Of a stretch of DNA of 64,000 nucleotides, positions 42,458 to 52,060 are shown piece after piece (position 1 is the first letter of the stretch; every line of letters starts with the position of its first letter). Source of the stretch: an uncultured Spirochaetota bacterium. Its GTDB lineage: Bacteria; Spirochaetota; Spirochaetia; SZUA-6; Fen-1364. Location: contig CAVUXE010000044.1 in NCBI GenBank assembly GCA_963745235.1, positions 32,001-96,000 on the forward strand, given 5' to 3'. Under the pieces are notes generated by a model. It did no database searches. It saw only the letters and a list, made by a program, of their open reading frames with translations, and was not told where the DNA came from. The position numbers were made by a program, and so were the translations under genes.

Positions 42458-44004
42458 GCGCCCCCCTTCCACGGGCAAGCGGCATCATCCTGCATCCTTC
42501 AAGCCTTCCCGGGCCGCATGGAATCGGAGACATTGGCCCGTCCGCGCACCGCTTCATCCATTTCCTCTCCCGGGCCGGACAGTCGCTCTGGCAGGTGCTG
42601 CCGGTGGGACCCACCGGGTATGGGGACTCGCCCTATGCGTGCTTCTCCTCGTTCGCGGGGAATCCCCTTCTGATCAGCGTGGAAGCGCTGGCAGGCTGGG
42701 GACTTCTGGCAGAAGAGGATCTTCGCGCCGCACCGGCCTTCTCAGCAGAGAAAGTCGACTATGGAGCCGTCATCTCGTGGAAAATACCGCTCCTGCGCAG
42801 GGCGGCCGGGCGGTTTCTCAGCCAGTCTCAGGCCGGGCAACTGGAACGGCTGGCCGCTTTTCAAGCTGAGGAGGGCTGGTGGCTGGATGACTATTGCCTC
42901 TTCATGGCTGTGAAGGGTATGTACGCGGCCAGTGCCGCGAAGACGGGAGCGCAGGGCGGGGCCTGGAATGCCTCCTTTGATCGTGACATTGCGCTGCGCG
43001 AGCCATCGGCGCTGCATCGCCTTCGCCGGGACCTTACGGCGGAAATCCGGATGGAAGGGGTAATCCAGCTCTTCTTCTTCGAGCAGTGGAAAGCCCTGCG
43101 CGCGGAGGCAGCGCGCTTCGGTGTTCGCATCATCGGGGACCTGCCCATCTTCGCCGCACCGGACAGCGCCGATGTCTGGGCCAACAGGGAGCTGTTCCAG
43201 CTGGACGCGGATGGCCGTCCGACCGTTGTGTCCGGGGTCCCTCCCGACTACTTCTCGAAGACCGGTCAGCTCTGGGGGAATCCCCTGTACGACTGGGACG
43301 CGCTGGCGCGCCAGGACTTCAGGTTCTGGGTGGAGAGGATTCGCGCGGCGCGGAAGCTTTTTGATTTCATCCGCATCGACCATTTCCGTGGCTTCGAGGC
43401 CTGCTGGACAGTGCCCGCCGGAGAAAGCACGGCGGAGCGCGGCCAATGGGTGAAGGCCCCGGGCAAGGAGCTTTTCGACGCCCTCCAGAGACACCTTGGC
43501 GAGCTTCCGCTCATAGCGGAAGACCTTGGAGTGATCACTCCGGAAGTGAACGCGCTGCGCGAGGGTCTCGGGTTCCCCGGCATGCGCGTCCTGCAGTTCG
43601 CCTTCGACTCCGCGGAAGCCGGCTCCCTGAACGCCGGCAACCGTTTTCTGCCCCATAACCACACACCGGACTCCGTGGTCTACACAGGAACACACGACAA
43701 TGACACCACGCGGGGATGGTTTTCCCGGCGCACGGAGGCTGAGCGTGACTATCTTGCACGCTACGTTGGGGGCCTGGATGCCCGGGTGGAGTGGAGCTTC
43801 ATCCGCATGGCGCTTGCCTCAGTGTGCCGCTTTGCGCTGTTCCCCCTGCAGGATGTGCTGGGACTGGGAAGCGAAGCGCGGCTGAACACGCCCGGAACCT
43901 CGGGCGGCAGGAACTGGACGTGGAGGTTCCTCGAAGGATCGCTGAGCGAAGAAAAGGTGAGCGCGCTGCGGGACTTGAGCTCTCTCTATGGAAGGGTTCA
44001 GTAG
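42454..44004 (+). CDS. malQ: 4-alpha-glucanotransferase (GH77)
   Basis: [52 protein letters not shown]. Confidence 0.96.
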   Translation: MSAPLPRASGIILHPSSLPGPHGIGDIGPSAHRFIHFLSRAGQSLWQVLPVGPTGYGDSPYACFSSFAGNPLLISVEALAGWGLLAEEDLRAAPAFSAEKVDYGAVISWKIPLLRRAAGRFLSQSQAGQLERLAAFQAEEGWWLDDYCLFMAVKGMYAASAAKTGAQGGAWNASFDRDIALREPSALHRLRRDLTAEIRMEGVIQLFFFEQWKALRAEAARFGVRIIGDLPIFAAPDSADVWANRELFQLDADGRPTVVSGVPPDYFSKTGQLWGNPLYDWDALARQDFRFWVERIRAARKLFDFIRIDHFRGFEACWTVPAGESTAERGQWVKAPGKELFDALQRHLGELPLIAEDLGVITPEVNALREGLGFPGMRVLQFAFDSAEAGSLNAGNRFLPHNHTPDSVVYTGTHDNDTTRGWFSRRTEAERDYLARYVGGLDARVEWSFIRMALASVCRFALFPLQDVLGLGSEARLNTPGTSGGRNWTWRFLEGSLSEEKVSALRDLSSLYGRVQ

Positions 44005-44774
44005 GCCCCCGAGGCCTTCTGTCCGCTTACCAGCAGCACGCCGGAGCTCGTCCCGATCCTGGTGGCCCCCGCCCGGATCATCTGGACCGCGTCCTCGAAG
44101 CTCTTCACGCCGCCGGCAGCCTTCACGCCCAGCTTCGGGCCCACCGTTCGCCGCATGAGAGCGACATCGGCAACCGTGGCGCCGCCCTTGTTGAAGCCGG
44201 TGGAGGTCTTCACGAAATCCGCGCCAATATCTTTTGCGATCTGGCAGGCAAGGACTTTCTCATCATCGTTCAGGAGGCAGGCTTCAATGATCACCTTGAG
44301 CACGATCCCGGCCCGGCACGCTCGCCGTACGGCAAGCATGTCCTCCCGCACCGTCTTCAGGTCCTTTGCCTTCATGGCGCCCACGTTCATCACCATGTCG
44401 ATCTCCGCCGCCCCGTTTGACACAGCGGTCCGCGCCTCGAAGGCCTTTGCCCTGCTGTCCATGGCTCCCAGGGGAAAGCCGACCACGGCGCACACCTTCA
44501 CTCCCGTGCCCCCCAGCTTGCGCGCGCAGCGCTCCGCCCAATTGGAGTTCACGCAGACCGAGTAGAAGTGGTGCTGCGCCGCTTCCTCGCAGAGCTTGTC
44601 GATCTGCTCCTCCGTGGCCTCCGGCTTCAGCAAGGTGTGGTCGATGAAGCGGGCAAGGTCAGAGGGCTGGAGCCCGTCCCCGGCGCCGCTCCCTCCCGGG
44701 GAGCCTCCTTGCGACGCTCGAAGACGAGCAACAACTTCGGCCACGATTTTTTCGACTAACTTGTTCTGGTCCAT
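43998..44774 (-). CDS. deoC: Deoxyribose-phosphate aldolase with N-terminal encapsulation peptide
   Basis: [45 protein letters not shown]; extension [18 protein letters not shown] plus G/S linker. Confidence 0.95.
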   Translation of the reverse strand: MDQNKLVEKIVAEVVARLRASQGGSPGGSGAGDGLQPSDLARFIDHTLLKPEATEEQIDKLCEEAAQHHFYSVCVNSNWAERCARKLGGTGVKVCAVVGFPLGAMDSRAKAFEARTAVSNGAAEIDMVMNVGAMKAKDLKTVREDMLAVRRACRAGIVLKVIIEACLLNDDEKVLACQIAKDIGADFVKTSTGFNKGGATVADVALMRRTVGPKLGVKAAGGVKSFEDAVQMIRAGATRIGTSSGVLLVSGQKASGAY

Positions 44775-45247
44775 TATTCGGCAAAGCCTCCCCGCTCGAG
44801 GGCCATGATCTTGTTCACCCGTACCATGTGCCGTCCGCCGCCAAACCTCGTTGCAAGCCATACCTTCGCCATCTCGCACAGCTGCCCCGCATCATGCAGC
44901 GGCCCGCCCAGGCTCAGGACGTTCGCGTTGTTGTGTTCCCTGCTGTTGATCACGGTCCTCAGGTCGTAGCACATTGCGGCCCGTATCCCCCTGACCTTGT
45001 TCGCCGCCATGCAGCTGCCAATCCCCGCTCCGTCAAGGACGATCCCCCGCTCGCAGTCCCCGCTCACCACCTTGCGGCATACCGCAACGGCGATATCGGG
45101 GTAATCCACCTTGTCCGTGCTGAAGCATCCCACGTCCACCGTCCTGTACCCCAGCTCTTCCAGGTAGCGGCGAAGCATCTCCTTCTGGCCGTACGCCCCG
45201 TGGTCGCTTCCAATGGCGACGCTGCGCACGGTGTCGGTGTCGTTCAT
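44774..45247 (-). CDS. rpiB: Ribose-5-phosphate isomerase B family
   Basis: [46 protein letters not shown]. Confidence 0.93.
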   Translation of the reverse strand: MNDTDTVRSVAIGSDHGAYGQKEMLRRYLEELGYRTVDVGCFSTDKVDYPDIAVAVCRKVVSGDCERGIVLDGAGIGSCMAANKVRGIRAAMCYDLRTVINSREHNNANVLSLGGPLHDAGQLCEMAKVWLATRFGGGRHMVRVNKIMALERGGFAE

Positions 45248-45525
45248 TCTTTGTCCTCGATATCGACGCGATCCACGATCCCGCATACCACGGTTCGAAC
45301 GGTGACGGCTCCCTCGTCCCCGAGCACGGACCGCGCGGAGCCGCCTTCGTCCACAACGAGCACCCTGTCACCGACTCCGGCCTGGACGCCGTCCAGGGCC
45401 AGGAACGATTTCCCCTTCGGCTTTCCCTCGGGGTCGATGGGCTGGACAACCAGGATCTTGTACCCCCGGTACTGGGAGATCTTTTCCGTGGACACCACGT
45501 TGCCGACCACGCGGGCAAGTATCAC
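45244..45525 (-). CDS. BMC vertex pentamer (EutN/CcmL)
   Basis: LARVVGNVVSTEK, ALDGVQAGVGDRVLV, GIVD. Confidence 0.92.
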   Translation of the reverse strand: MILARVVGNVVSTEKISQYRGYKILVVQPIDPEGKPKGKSFLALDGVQAGVGDRVLVVDEGGSARSVLGDEGAVTVRTVVCGIVDRVDIEDKE

Positions 45526-45818
45526 CGCTTCGCCGCCTCGCCGCGACCCTCGTCGACGTTCACGGCATCCACGATCCCGATCACGGCTGCGTCCGCGGGG
45601 TTGAACCACCCGTTGGGGTTTGCCTGCGCGGCTTCCTTGCCGGCCTCGAAGAGCACGAGGTCCCCTTCCCCGGCCCGCGCAACGTCAAAGGCAACGACTG
45701 CCGGCCCCGCCTCCTTGCCTTTCTCATCCAGGGGCTGCACGAGGAGCAGCTTCAGCCCCTCCAGCGTCTCCAGCTTCTGCGTGCTCACCACTGTGCCGAT
45801 GATCCTCCCGAGCTTCAT
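45522..45818 (-). CDS. BMC vertex pentamer (EutN/CcmL)
   Basis: MKLGRIIGTVVSTQK, AGEGDLVL, DAAVIGIVD. Confidence 0.92.
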   Translation of the reverse strand: MKLGRIIGTVVSTQKLETLEGLKLLLVQPLDEKGKEAGPAVVAFDVARAGEGDLVLFEAGKEAAQANPNGWFNPADAAVIGIVDAVNVDEGRGEAAKR

Positions 45819-47269
45819 ACGATCCTGAAGTAGTCCACCAGGGTGCACCGCCGCTCCCGGGTGAATGTGCGCGCCCGCGTCATGCCCTCTCCCGTGGGAC
45901 TGGCGATGGTGAAAGAGGCATAGCCGGCGCCGCCCTCCCCCAGGCCCGCGAAGTTGGGCCCGTTCTTCACGAATAATGAGCAGTTCATGACCTTCGCCAT
46001 GGCGGACAGCTTCTCTATGTCGTGAGAGTGGATGCTTGCCGTGTGGCGAAACCCGTGCTCCACCCGAACGGCAAACTCTATTGCTTCATCCACGCTCCTG
46101 AAGCGCACGAGCGGGATCACGGGCATCAGCTGCTCGCTCCACACCATGGGGTGGTCGCTCGGTACATCCATCACCAATATCCGCGTGTCGGCGGGCACCT
46201 CTATCCCCGCCGCCCGGGCAATCACCACGGGATCCTTGCCCACGAGGTCCTTGTTCGGCGGGCTCGCCTTGCCGGGGCCGGCCGCAGCGGCCTGCGGGAG
46301 GGCGACGCGAGTCACCGCCTCCGCCTGCGCCCCGGTCAGCTCGAAGGCGCCGTTCTTCCTCATCTCCGCCTTCAGTCGATCCGCGATGCTTTCCACCGCG
46401 AGGATTTCCTTCTCATCCGTGCACACAACGTTGTTGTCGAAACCCGCGCCTGCCACCAGGTCACGGCCCGCCTTCACGAGATCCGCGGTGGCGTCCACCA
46501 CCGCGGGGGGGTTCCCCGGGCCTGCGCAAATGGCCTTCTTCCCGCTCGCCATTGCCGCCTTCACCACGCCCGGCCCGCCGGTCACCACCAGGAGCGCAAC
46601 TCCCTTGTGCTTCATCAGCTCTCCGGCGCTCTCGATTGTCGGGGAGGCCATTGCGCACAGGAGGTTCTGCGGCCCGCCTTCCCGCGCAATCACGTCGTTC
46701 AAGATGCCGACCAGGCGGCAGCTCACCCCTTTGGCCCCGGGGTGGACGTTGAACACCACCGCATTCCCCGCGGATATCATGCCGATTGAGTTCGACGTTA
46801 TCGTCGCAAGCGGGTTGGTCACCGGGGTAATGGCCCCGATCACTCCGTAGGGTGCCCTCTCCATGATCGTGAGGCCGTGCTCGTCGGAATACGCGGTGGG
46901 CTCAACGTCTTCCACGCCAGGGGTCTTTCGCGCGGCAAGGCTGTTCTTGGCCTTCTTGTCCTGAACGTTTCCAAGGCCGGTCTCGCTGACGGCTTCCCGG
47001 GAGAGTGAATCATTTGCCTCCAGCACGACTGCCCGCATGGCCTCGATGATCCGTTTGCGGGTATCGAGGGGAAGCGCCGCCAGTTGCCGCTGGGCCACCG
47101 CCGCCGCCGCCACCGCAGAATCTATGTCTGCAAAAATCCCCCGGCCCAGGGCGCCGGACGCCTGCCCCGGAGCCGCCCCAGCACCCTTCACCGCGGCCAG
47201 GAGCGTCGTCACGTCATTGCTTTTGAGCACCTGCTCCACGATCTGGCGTATGTCGTCCTCGAGTGCCAT
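45815..47269 (-). CDS. Acylating aldehyde dehydrogenase (EutE/PduP) with N-terminal encapsulation peptide
   Basis: PYGVIGAITPVTNP, VTGGPGVV, AGPGNPP, catalytic FDNNVVC, EQLMP, IASPTGEG; N-terminus LEDDIRQIVEQVLKS. Confidence 0.94.
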   Translation of the reverse strand: MALEDDIRQIVEQVLKSNDVTTLLAAVKGAGAAPGQASGALGRGIFADIDSAVAAAAVAQRQLAALPLDTRKRIIEAMRAVVLEANDSLSREAVSETGLGNVQDKKAKNSLAARKTPGVEDVEPTAYSDEHGLTIMERAPYGVIGAITPVTNPLATITSNSIGMISAGNAVVFNVHPGAKGVSCRLVGILNDVIAREGGPQNLLCAMASPTIESAGELMKHKGVALLVVTGGPGVVKAAMASGKKAICAGPGNPPAVVDATADLVKAGRDLVAGAGFDNNVVCTDEKEILAVESIADRLKAEMRKNGAFELTGAQAEAVTRVALPQAAAAGPGKASPPNKDLVGKDPVVIARAAGIEVPADTRILVMDVPSDHPMVWSEQLMPVIPLVRFRSVDEAIEFAVRVEHGFRHTASIHSHDIEKLSAMAKVMNCSLFVKNGPNFAGLGEGGAGYASFTIASPTGEGMTRARTFTRERRCTLVDYFRIV

Positions 47270-47288
47270 ATTTTCCGCCCCTTGCCCG

Positions 47289-47579
47289 TTATTCGGCCCT
47301 GTAGAGCTCGGCGCCGCCACCGTGGATGGAATCAACGATGGCAACCACCAGCGTGTCCATGGGCCGGTCATCCGTGCGCCGGGTCCAGCGGCAGCTGCTG
47401 CCCTGCGTCAGAAGAACCAGGTGTCCCCTCTCGGCTCCCACCATGTCCAGCCCCACGAGGTACTCCCCCCTGCCCTCCCCGCGCTGGTTGCATTCCTCCA
47501 CGAGCAGCCATTTCGCGCCGTCTATGGTGTCGGCCCGCTTCGTGGCAACCACTGTGCCCCGCACCCGCGCCAGAGTCAT
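47289..47579 (-). CDS. BMC vertex pentamer (EutN/CcmL)
   Basis: LARVRGTVVATKR, LDMVGA, QGSSCR, DTLVVAIVD. Confidence 0.9.
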   Translation of the reverse strand: MTLARVRGTVVATKRADTIDGAKWLLVEECNQRGEGRGEYLVGLDMVGAERGHLVLLTQGSSCRWTRRTDDRPMDTLVVAIVDSIHGGGAELYRAE

Positions 47580-47589
47580 GCGCGCGCCC

Positions 47590-47895
47590 TCATCCGGCGG
47601 CCCCCGCCTTCTGGTAGGTGAGCGTGCCGTCCTTCTCTATCGCGTCCACGATGGCGATGATGGTCGCATCCGAAGGTTTGCCCCTGGTCACCTCCGTCAT
47701 GCGCGCGCTTGACCCCGTCACGTAGAAGACGATCTCCCCGGCGTTCGCCCCGACTCCGTCGATGCCCACCACGTAGTCGCCCTTGCCGGCGAGGGTGACC
47801 GCATCGATCTTTTCCAGGAGCAGGAACCTCATTCCTTCCATCGACGAAGGCTTGTGCGTGGAGACGACCGTCCCCTTCACCCGGGCAAGAACCAT
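47590..47895 (-). CDS. BMC vertex pentamer (EutN/CcmL)
   Basis: LARVKGTVVSTHK, DGVGA, TGSSAR, DATIIAIVD. Confidence 0.92.
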   Translation of the reverse strand: MVLARVKGTVVSTHKPSSMEGMRFLLLEKIDAVTLAGKGDYVVGIDGVGANAGEIVFYVTGSSARMTEVTRGKPSDATIIAIVDAIEKDGTLTYQKAGAAG

Positions 47896-47907
47896 GGTCC
47901 GCCCGCT

Positions 47908-48219
47908 CTACTTCTTTCCCGCCGGCGCAGTCTTCCTGCCCAGCGGCAGGGCCGCGTCCACGCTCTCATGCGGCCGCGGGATGACATGTGTGGAAACGAT
48001 CTCTCCCACCTTCTCCGCCGCCCTGCTTCCCGCCTCCACGGCGGCGCGGCACGCCGCGACATCGCCTCGAACAATGGCCGTCACGTAGCCGCCGCCGATC
48101 TTCTCATACCCCACCAGGTCCACCTTGGCCGCCTTCACCATCGCATCCGCGGCTTCCACCATGGCGGCAAAGCCGCGCGTTTCGATCATTCCAAGAGCGT
48201 CAAAACCGTTGTCTGCCAT
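47908..48219 (-). CDS. BMC shell hexamer (BMC-H)
   Basis: [38 protein letters not shown]. Confidence 0.96.
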   Translation of the reverse strand: MADNGFDALGMIETRGFAAMVEAADAMVKAAKVDLVGYEKIGGGYVTAIVRGDVAACRAAVEAGSRAAEKVGEIVSTHVIPRPHESVDAALPLGRKTAPAGKK

Positions 48220-48247
48220 CTTCTTCTCCCGTCCTCAGAGCGAGGGC

Positions 48248-48889
48248 CTATATCCTGGCCGCCCCAGCCGCGATTTCCCGGCCGCTCAGGCCGCCCAGCC
48301 TGGATTCCACCACCTTGCGCGCTTCGATCACCTCGGCTTCCTCGCCGGCTATGTAGACGCGCCCGAAGGCCCCGAAGCCGACCACCTCGATGATGTTCAC
48401 CTTCGCCGTCTTCTCCGCCTCGTTGGCCGCGTAGTATGCATACCCCGCCGGCTCGACTTCCAGCACGTACAGGGTATCGCCCCTGAGCACCATGTTCCCA
48501 TGCCTCACCTTGTTGATGAGCTGGGCGTGATGGTCAGAGATGTTCTTGATGAGCTGACTGGTGAGCACGCGCGGCTTCAGGCGGTCGGTCTCAGCTTTCT
48601 TCAGCTCCTTCAGCACCGCCTCTCCCGCCATCCGCGCATCTCCCTGGCTGTCGGAATGCACTTCCAGGAGGCCGTATGCCCGCTCGACGATCTGCAGCCC
48701 GGGGGTGACGTTGGTGGCTTTCAGCGCAATGTCGGTCAGGCGATTGATCTCGATACCGGGAGCTATCTCGATCACGCAGCAGGCCTGCATTCCGATGGGG
48801 TAGTACCCTTTGCTCACGGTGGCAATGAAGCTTGCGTTCTGCAGCTGCAGAGAGTCGAGGAACACGTACGTCCTGAGGTCCACGGCCAT
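48248..48889 (-). CDS. BMC trimer, permuted double-stacking type (CcmP/CsoS1D-like)
   Basis: LRTYVFLDSLQ, EIAPG, VERAYGLLEVH, AANEAEK, GAFGRVY. Confidence 0.9.
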   Translation of the reverse strand: MAVDLRTYVFLDSLQLQNASFIATVSKGYYPIGMQACCVIEIAPGIEINRLTDIALKATNVTPGLQIVERAYGLLEVHSDSQGDARMAGEAVLKELKKAETDRLKPRVLTSQLIKNISDHHAQLINKVRHGNMVLRGDTLYVLEVEPAGYAYYAANEAEKTAKVNIIEVVGFGAFGRVYIAGEEAEVIEARKVVESRLGGLSGREIAAGAARI

Positions 48890-48892
48890 GGC

Positions 48893-49192
48893 CTACTCCT
48901 TCTGTCCGCGACCCAGCGGGAGCGCCTGGTCCACGGACGCATGCGGCCGCGGGATGACGTGCGTGCTCACGATCTCCCCCACCTTCTCCGCCGCCCTGCT
49001 TCCGGCGTCGACCGCCGCCCGGCACGCGGCCACGTCTCCGCGGACGATGGCCGTGACATACCCGCCGCCGATCTTCTCAAAGCCCACGAGGTCCACTTTT
49101 GCCGCCTTGACCATCGCGTCAGCAGCTTCCACCATCGCCGCAAAGCCCCGGGTTTCTATCATCCCGAGGGCTTCAAACCCGCTGTCTGCCAT
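48893..49192 (-). CDS. BMC shell hexamer (BMC-H)
   Basis: Near-identical paralog of 47908-48219; AGGAGG RBS. Confidence 0.96.
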   Translation of the reverse strand: MADSGFEALGMIETRGFAAMVEAADAMVKAAKVDLVGFEKIGGGYVTAIVRGDVAACRAAVDAGSRAAEKVGEIVSTHVIPRPHASVDQALPLGRGQKE

Positions 49193-49254
49193 GACTCCTC
49201 CTTGCCGCAGTACCGTCCCCTCTTGAGTCAGATGGGCGTCTCGCTCTCATTCTG

Positions 49255-49345
49255 GGGCTGGAAATGTTAAATGTCAAGCAAATAATTACAGAGAAGTGAA
49301 AAAAGCAAACAGATATTTTGTAATATTAACAAATGTGATATGATT
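49255..49345. promoter_or_regulatory. AT-rich divergent promoter between the BMC operon and DeoR regulator
   Basis: Sharp AT-rich island; AAATGT occurs three times; inverted TGTTAA/TTAACA half-sites. Confidence 0.6.
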
Positions 49346-49360
49346 CCTTCGTGAGGACTC

Positions 49361-50137
49361 ATGAACAGGACTGATCGGCTGAGTGTGATAATGCAGACCC
49401 TCCAGATCAGCAAAGCCGCGAGCGTGCAGGAGCTTTCCGAGCAGCTCAAGGTCAGTCACATGACCGTCCGGCGCGACCTCGTGGCGCTGGCAAAAAGCGA
49501 AAAAGTGAAAGTCCTGCACGGAAGTGTCATCCTCCACCCGAAATCCAGCTCGCGTGAGAACGAGAGCTACTACTCCCTGATCGCCGCGGGAGCCGAGCAC
49601 CCGGAGCTCAAGCGCAGAATCGGACAGCTTGCTGCGTCGTTGATCGAGCCGGAGGACACGCTCCTGATCGACGTCGGCTCGACCACCGAATACCTGGCGA
49701 AATACCTGCCAGAGGACCTCAAGTACACGGTACTCTGTTTTTCCCTGAATGTCGTTTCCGAGACGGTCCGTCGAAGGAATTGCAGGACCCAGTTTGCCGG
49801 CGGGCTGTTCCATGAAAACACCCTGATGTTCGAAAGTCCCGAGAGCCTGGAAATGATCAGGAACTTCAGGGCGACGAAAGCCTTCGTGTCAGCCTCCGGG
49901 GTGAACAGCCAGTTCGGTGTCACCTGCATGAACTCCTATGAGCGGGAGACGAAAAAGGCGGTCCTGCAGTCCTCCATGAGGAAGATCCTCCTCGTGGATT
50001 CCTCGAAGTTCGGCGTTATACGATCAGACTACTTTGCCCAGCTTTCGGATTTCGATGAGGTCGTCACCGACGCGGGGATACCGACGGAGTACTCGGAGTT
50101 CATCAAGAATCTTGGAATCGTCCTTCGTATTGCCTGA
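49361..50137 (+). CDS. DeoR/GlpR family regulator
   Basis: VSHMTVRRDL, IDVGSTT, LLVDSSKFG, VVTDAG. Confidence 0.93.
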   Translation: MNRTDRLSVIMQTLQISKAASVQELSEQLKVSHMTVRRDLVALAKSEKVKVLHGSVILHPKSSSRENESYYSLIAAGAEHPELKRRIGQLAASLIEPEDTLLIDVGSTTEYLAKYLPEDLKYTVLCFSLNVVSETVRRRNCRTQFAGGLFHENTLMFESPESLEMIRNFRATKAFVSASGVNSQFGVTCMNSYERETKKAVLQSSMRKILLVDSSKFGVIRSDYFAQLSDFDEVVTDAGIPTEYSEFIKNLGIVLRIA

Positions 50138-50155
50138 TGGATAAGGGCCTGATGG

Positions 50156-51226
50156 CTAGGCGGTCTCCGCTTCGCTCCCAACCAGGCATGCCTCCTTCGG
50201 GAACCACACGCTGACGCGCTCCCCGACCCCGGGCAGTGAGAGGTGCGGGTTGTTGAACGTGTCGAGGAAAAGCTCGCTGCCGTCCAGGCGCAGGAAAATG
50301 CGGACAATCGAACCGAGAAATACGATGGTCTTTACCGTGCCCGCCAGGCGGTTGGAATCCGGGCGTCCGTTGGTGAGTGAGATCATCTCGGGCCTCAGGG
50401 ATACGCGAACAGGCTGCCCGGAGGCATGCGTCAGGGCGGCCGCGGCAGCGATCTGCTGACCCTCCACGCTGAGGGTCCCCGCCGCGGGATCCACCACCCT
50501 GGCGTCCAGCACATTCAGAGAGCCGACGAACGAGGCGACGAACGCCGAGACGGGACGGTTGTAGATCTCAAACGGCGTGCCGACCTGCGCGATGCGCCCT
50601 TCCCGCATCACCACCACCCTGTCCGAAAGGGAAAGGGCCTCCTCCTGGTCGTGCGTGACATAGATCGTCGTGATTCCGAGCTGGCGCTGGATGGACCGGA
50701 TCTCCTCCCGCAGGCGCACGCGAATCCCGGCATCCAGCGCGGACAGGGGCTCGTCCAGGAGCAGCACGCGGGGCTGGATGGCAAGCGCCCGCGCAAGTGC
50801 CACCCGCTGCTGCTGCCCCCCTGACATCTGGTGGGGGTAGCGGTTTTCGAAGCCTTCCATGTGGATCATGAGGAGCAGGTGCCGCACCCGTTCGTGGATC
50901 TCATCCGGCGTCTTTCCCGACACGCGAAGACCGAAGCCGATGTTCTGCGCCGCGGTCATGTTCGGAAAAAGCGCGTAGTTCTGGAACACCATGCCCACCC
51001 CGCGCCTGTTCGGCGGGACCTCGACGACCTCCACGCCGTCGATCCGGATGCTGCCCGTCGTGGGGGTTTCAAACCCGGCAATCATCCGCAGCGTCGTCGT
51101 CTTTCCGCATCCCGAGCCACCCAGGAAAGAGATGAGCTCTCCCTCGCCTGCCTCCAGGCTGAGAGAGCTCACCACCGTGGCGCGGTCGAACCTCTTGGTC
51201 ACCCCTCTCAGCTCCAGGAATGCCAT
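50156..51226 (-). CDS. ABC ATPase, PotA/FbpC family
   Basis: GGSGCGKTT, MVFQNYALFP, MSGGQQQR, YVTHDQEEA, TOBE-like tail. Confidence 0.93.
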   Translation of the reverse strand: MAFLELRGVTKRFDRATVVSSLSLEAGEGELISFLGGSGCGKTTTLRMIAGFETPTTGSIRIDGVEVVEVPPNRRGVGMVFQNYALFPNMTAAQNIGFGLRVSGKTPDEIHERVRHLLLMIHMEGFENRYPHQMSGGQQQRVALARALAIQPRVLLLDEPLSALDAGIRVRLREEIRSIQRQLGITTIYVTHDQEEALSLSDRVVVMREGRIAQVGTPFEIYNRPVSAFVASFVGSLNVLDARVVDPAAGTLSVEGQQIAAAAALTHASGQPVRVSLRPEMISLTNGRPDSNRLAGTVKTIVFLGSIVRIFLRLDGSELFLDTFNNPHLSLPGVGERVSVWFPKEACLVGSEAETA

Positions 51227-51274
51227 TCCGTCGCTCCTTTTCAACGCGTTCCGCTCAGGAGCGCGTTCCATTCG

Positions 51275-52060
51275 TCAGTGCGTCCCGCCCACCGCGGAGC
51301 GCGGGCCGCCGAGACTGCGGCTCAGGGCCTGCATGAGCCCGATCATTCCCCACGTGAGGAGAAAGCTCACCACGCTGAGCGCGGCGGGCTCGTATGCGAA
51401 GTTGCGGCCCACCTGGGCCATGTACGGCCCGAATGCGGGCCACGCGAGCATGACGGCCAGAGTGAGCTCTCCGATCACGATCGAGAACGTGAGAAACGCC
51501 GCGCTCAGGAGCGCGGCTCGCAGGTTGGGGAGCACCACGTGGAAGAGGGTTGTCCACCAGCTCGCCCCGAGGCTCTGGGCGGCCTCCGTGAGAACGCGCA
51601 GGTTGATGGCGCGCAAACCAGAGTCGACGGAGCGGAAGATGTAGGGGAAAGAAAGCACGACATAGCCGGCGATCAGGAGGACGGGGCTGGAGACAATCGG
51701 CAAGGGCGGCCGGCTATAGGTGCGGATGAGCCCGAAGACCAGAACGATGGGAGGGATCACGAAGGGGAGGAGGGCGAACGTCTCGATCAACGTCCTGGCC
51801 CGGGGAAGCTTCAGGTGGACCCAGATCGCTGTCGGGACAATCAGGGCGAGGCCTGCAAGGATGGTCAGCACTGCCATCTCCAGGGAGAACGTGAACGTCC
51901 TGAGAAACTGGGGATCCGACAGGACATGAGTATACGCGGCCAGGCTGAGCACGCCTTTTTTCGCTCGAAGGGAAAAAAGGAACGTGGCTGCAAGGGGAAG
52001 AAAGAAGTAGAGGCATCCAAGGGTGATCCAGAGCCACGCGGCAATCCGCCTGCGTTTCAC
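51275..52060 (-). CDS. ABC permease, PotC-like
   Basis: EAAQSLGAS; GTGA overlap with the upstream permease. Confidence 0.9.
   Translation of the reverse strand: MKRRRIAAWLWITLGCLYFFLPLAATFLFSLRAKKGVLSLAAYTHVLSDPQFLRTFTFSLEMAVLTILAGLALIVPTAIWVHLKLPRARTLIETFALLPFVIPPIVLVFGLIRTYSRPPLPIVSSPVLLIAGYVVLSFPYIFRSVDSGLRAINLRVLTEAAQSLGASWWTTLFHVVLPNLRAALLSAAFLTFSIVIGELTLAVMLAWPAFGPYMAQVGRNFAYEPAALSVVSFLLTWGMIGLMQALSRSLGGPRSAVGGTH

Noticed and set aside
47908-49192. Near-identical ~280 bp duplication as a mobile repeat
   Set aside because: Two paralogous BMC-H genes differing mainly at synonymous sites
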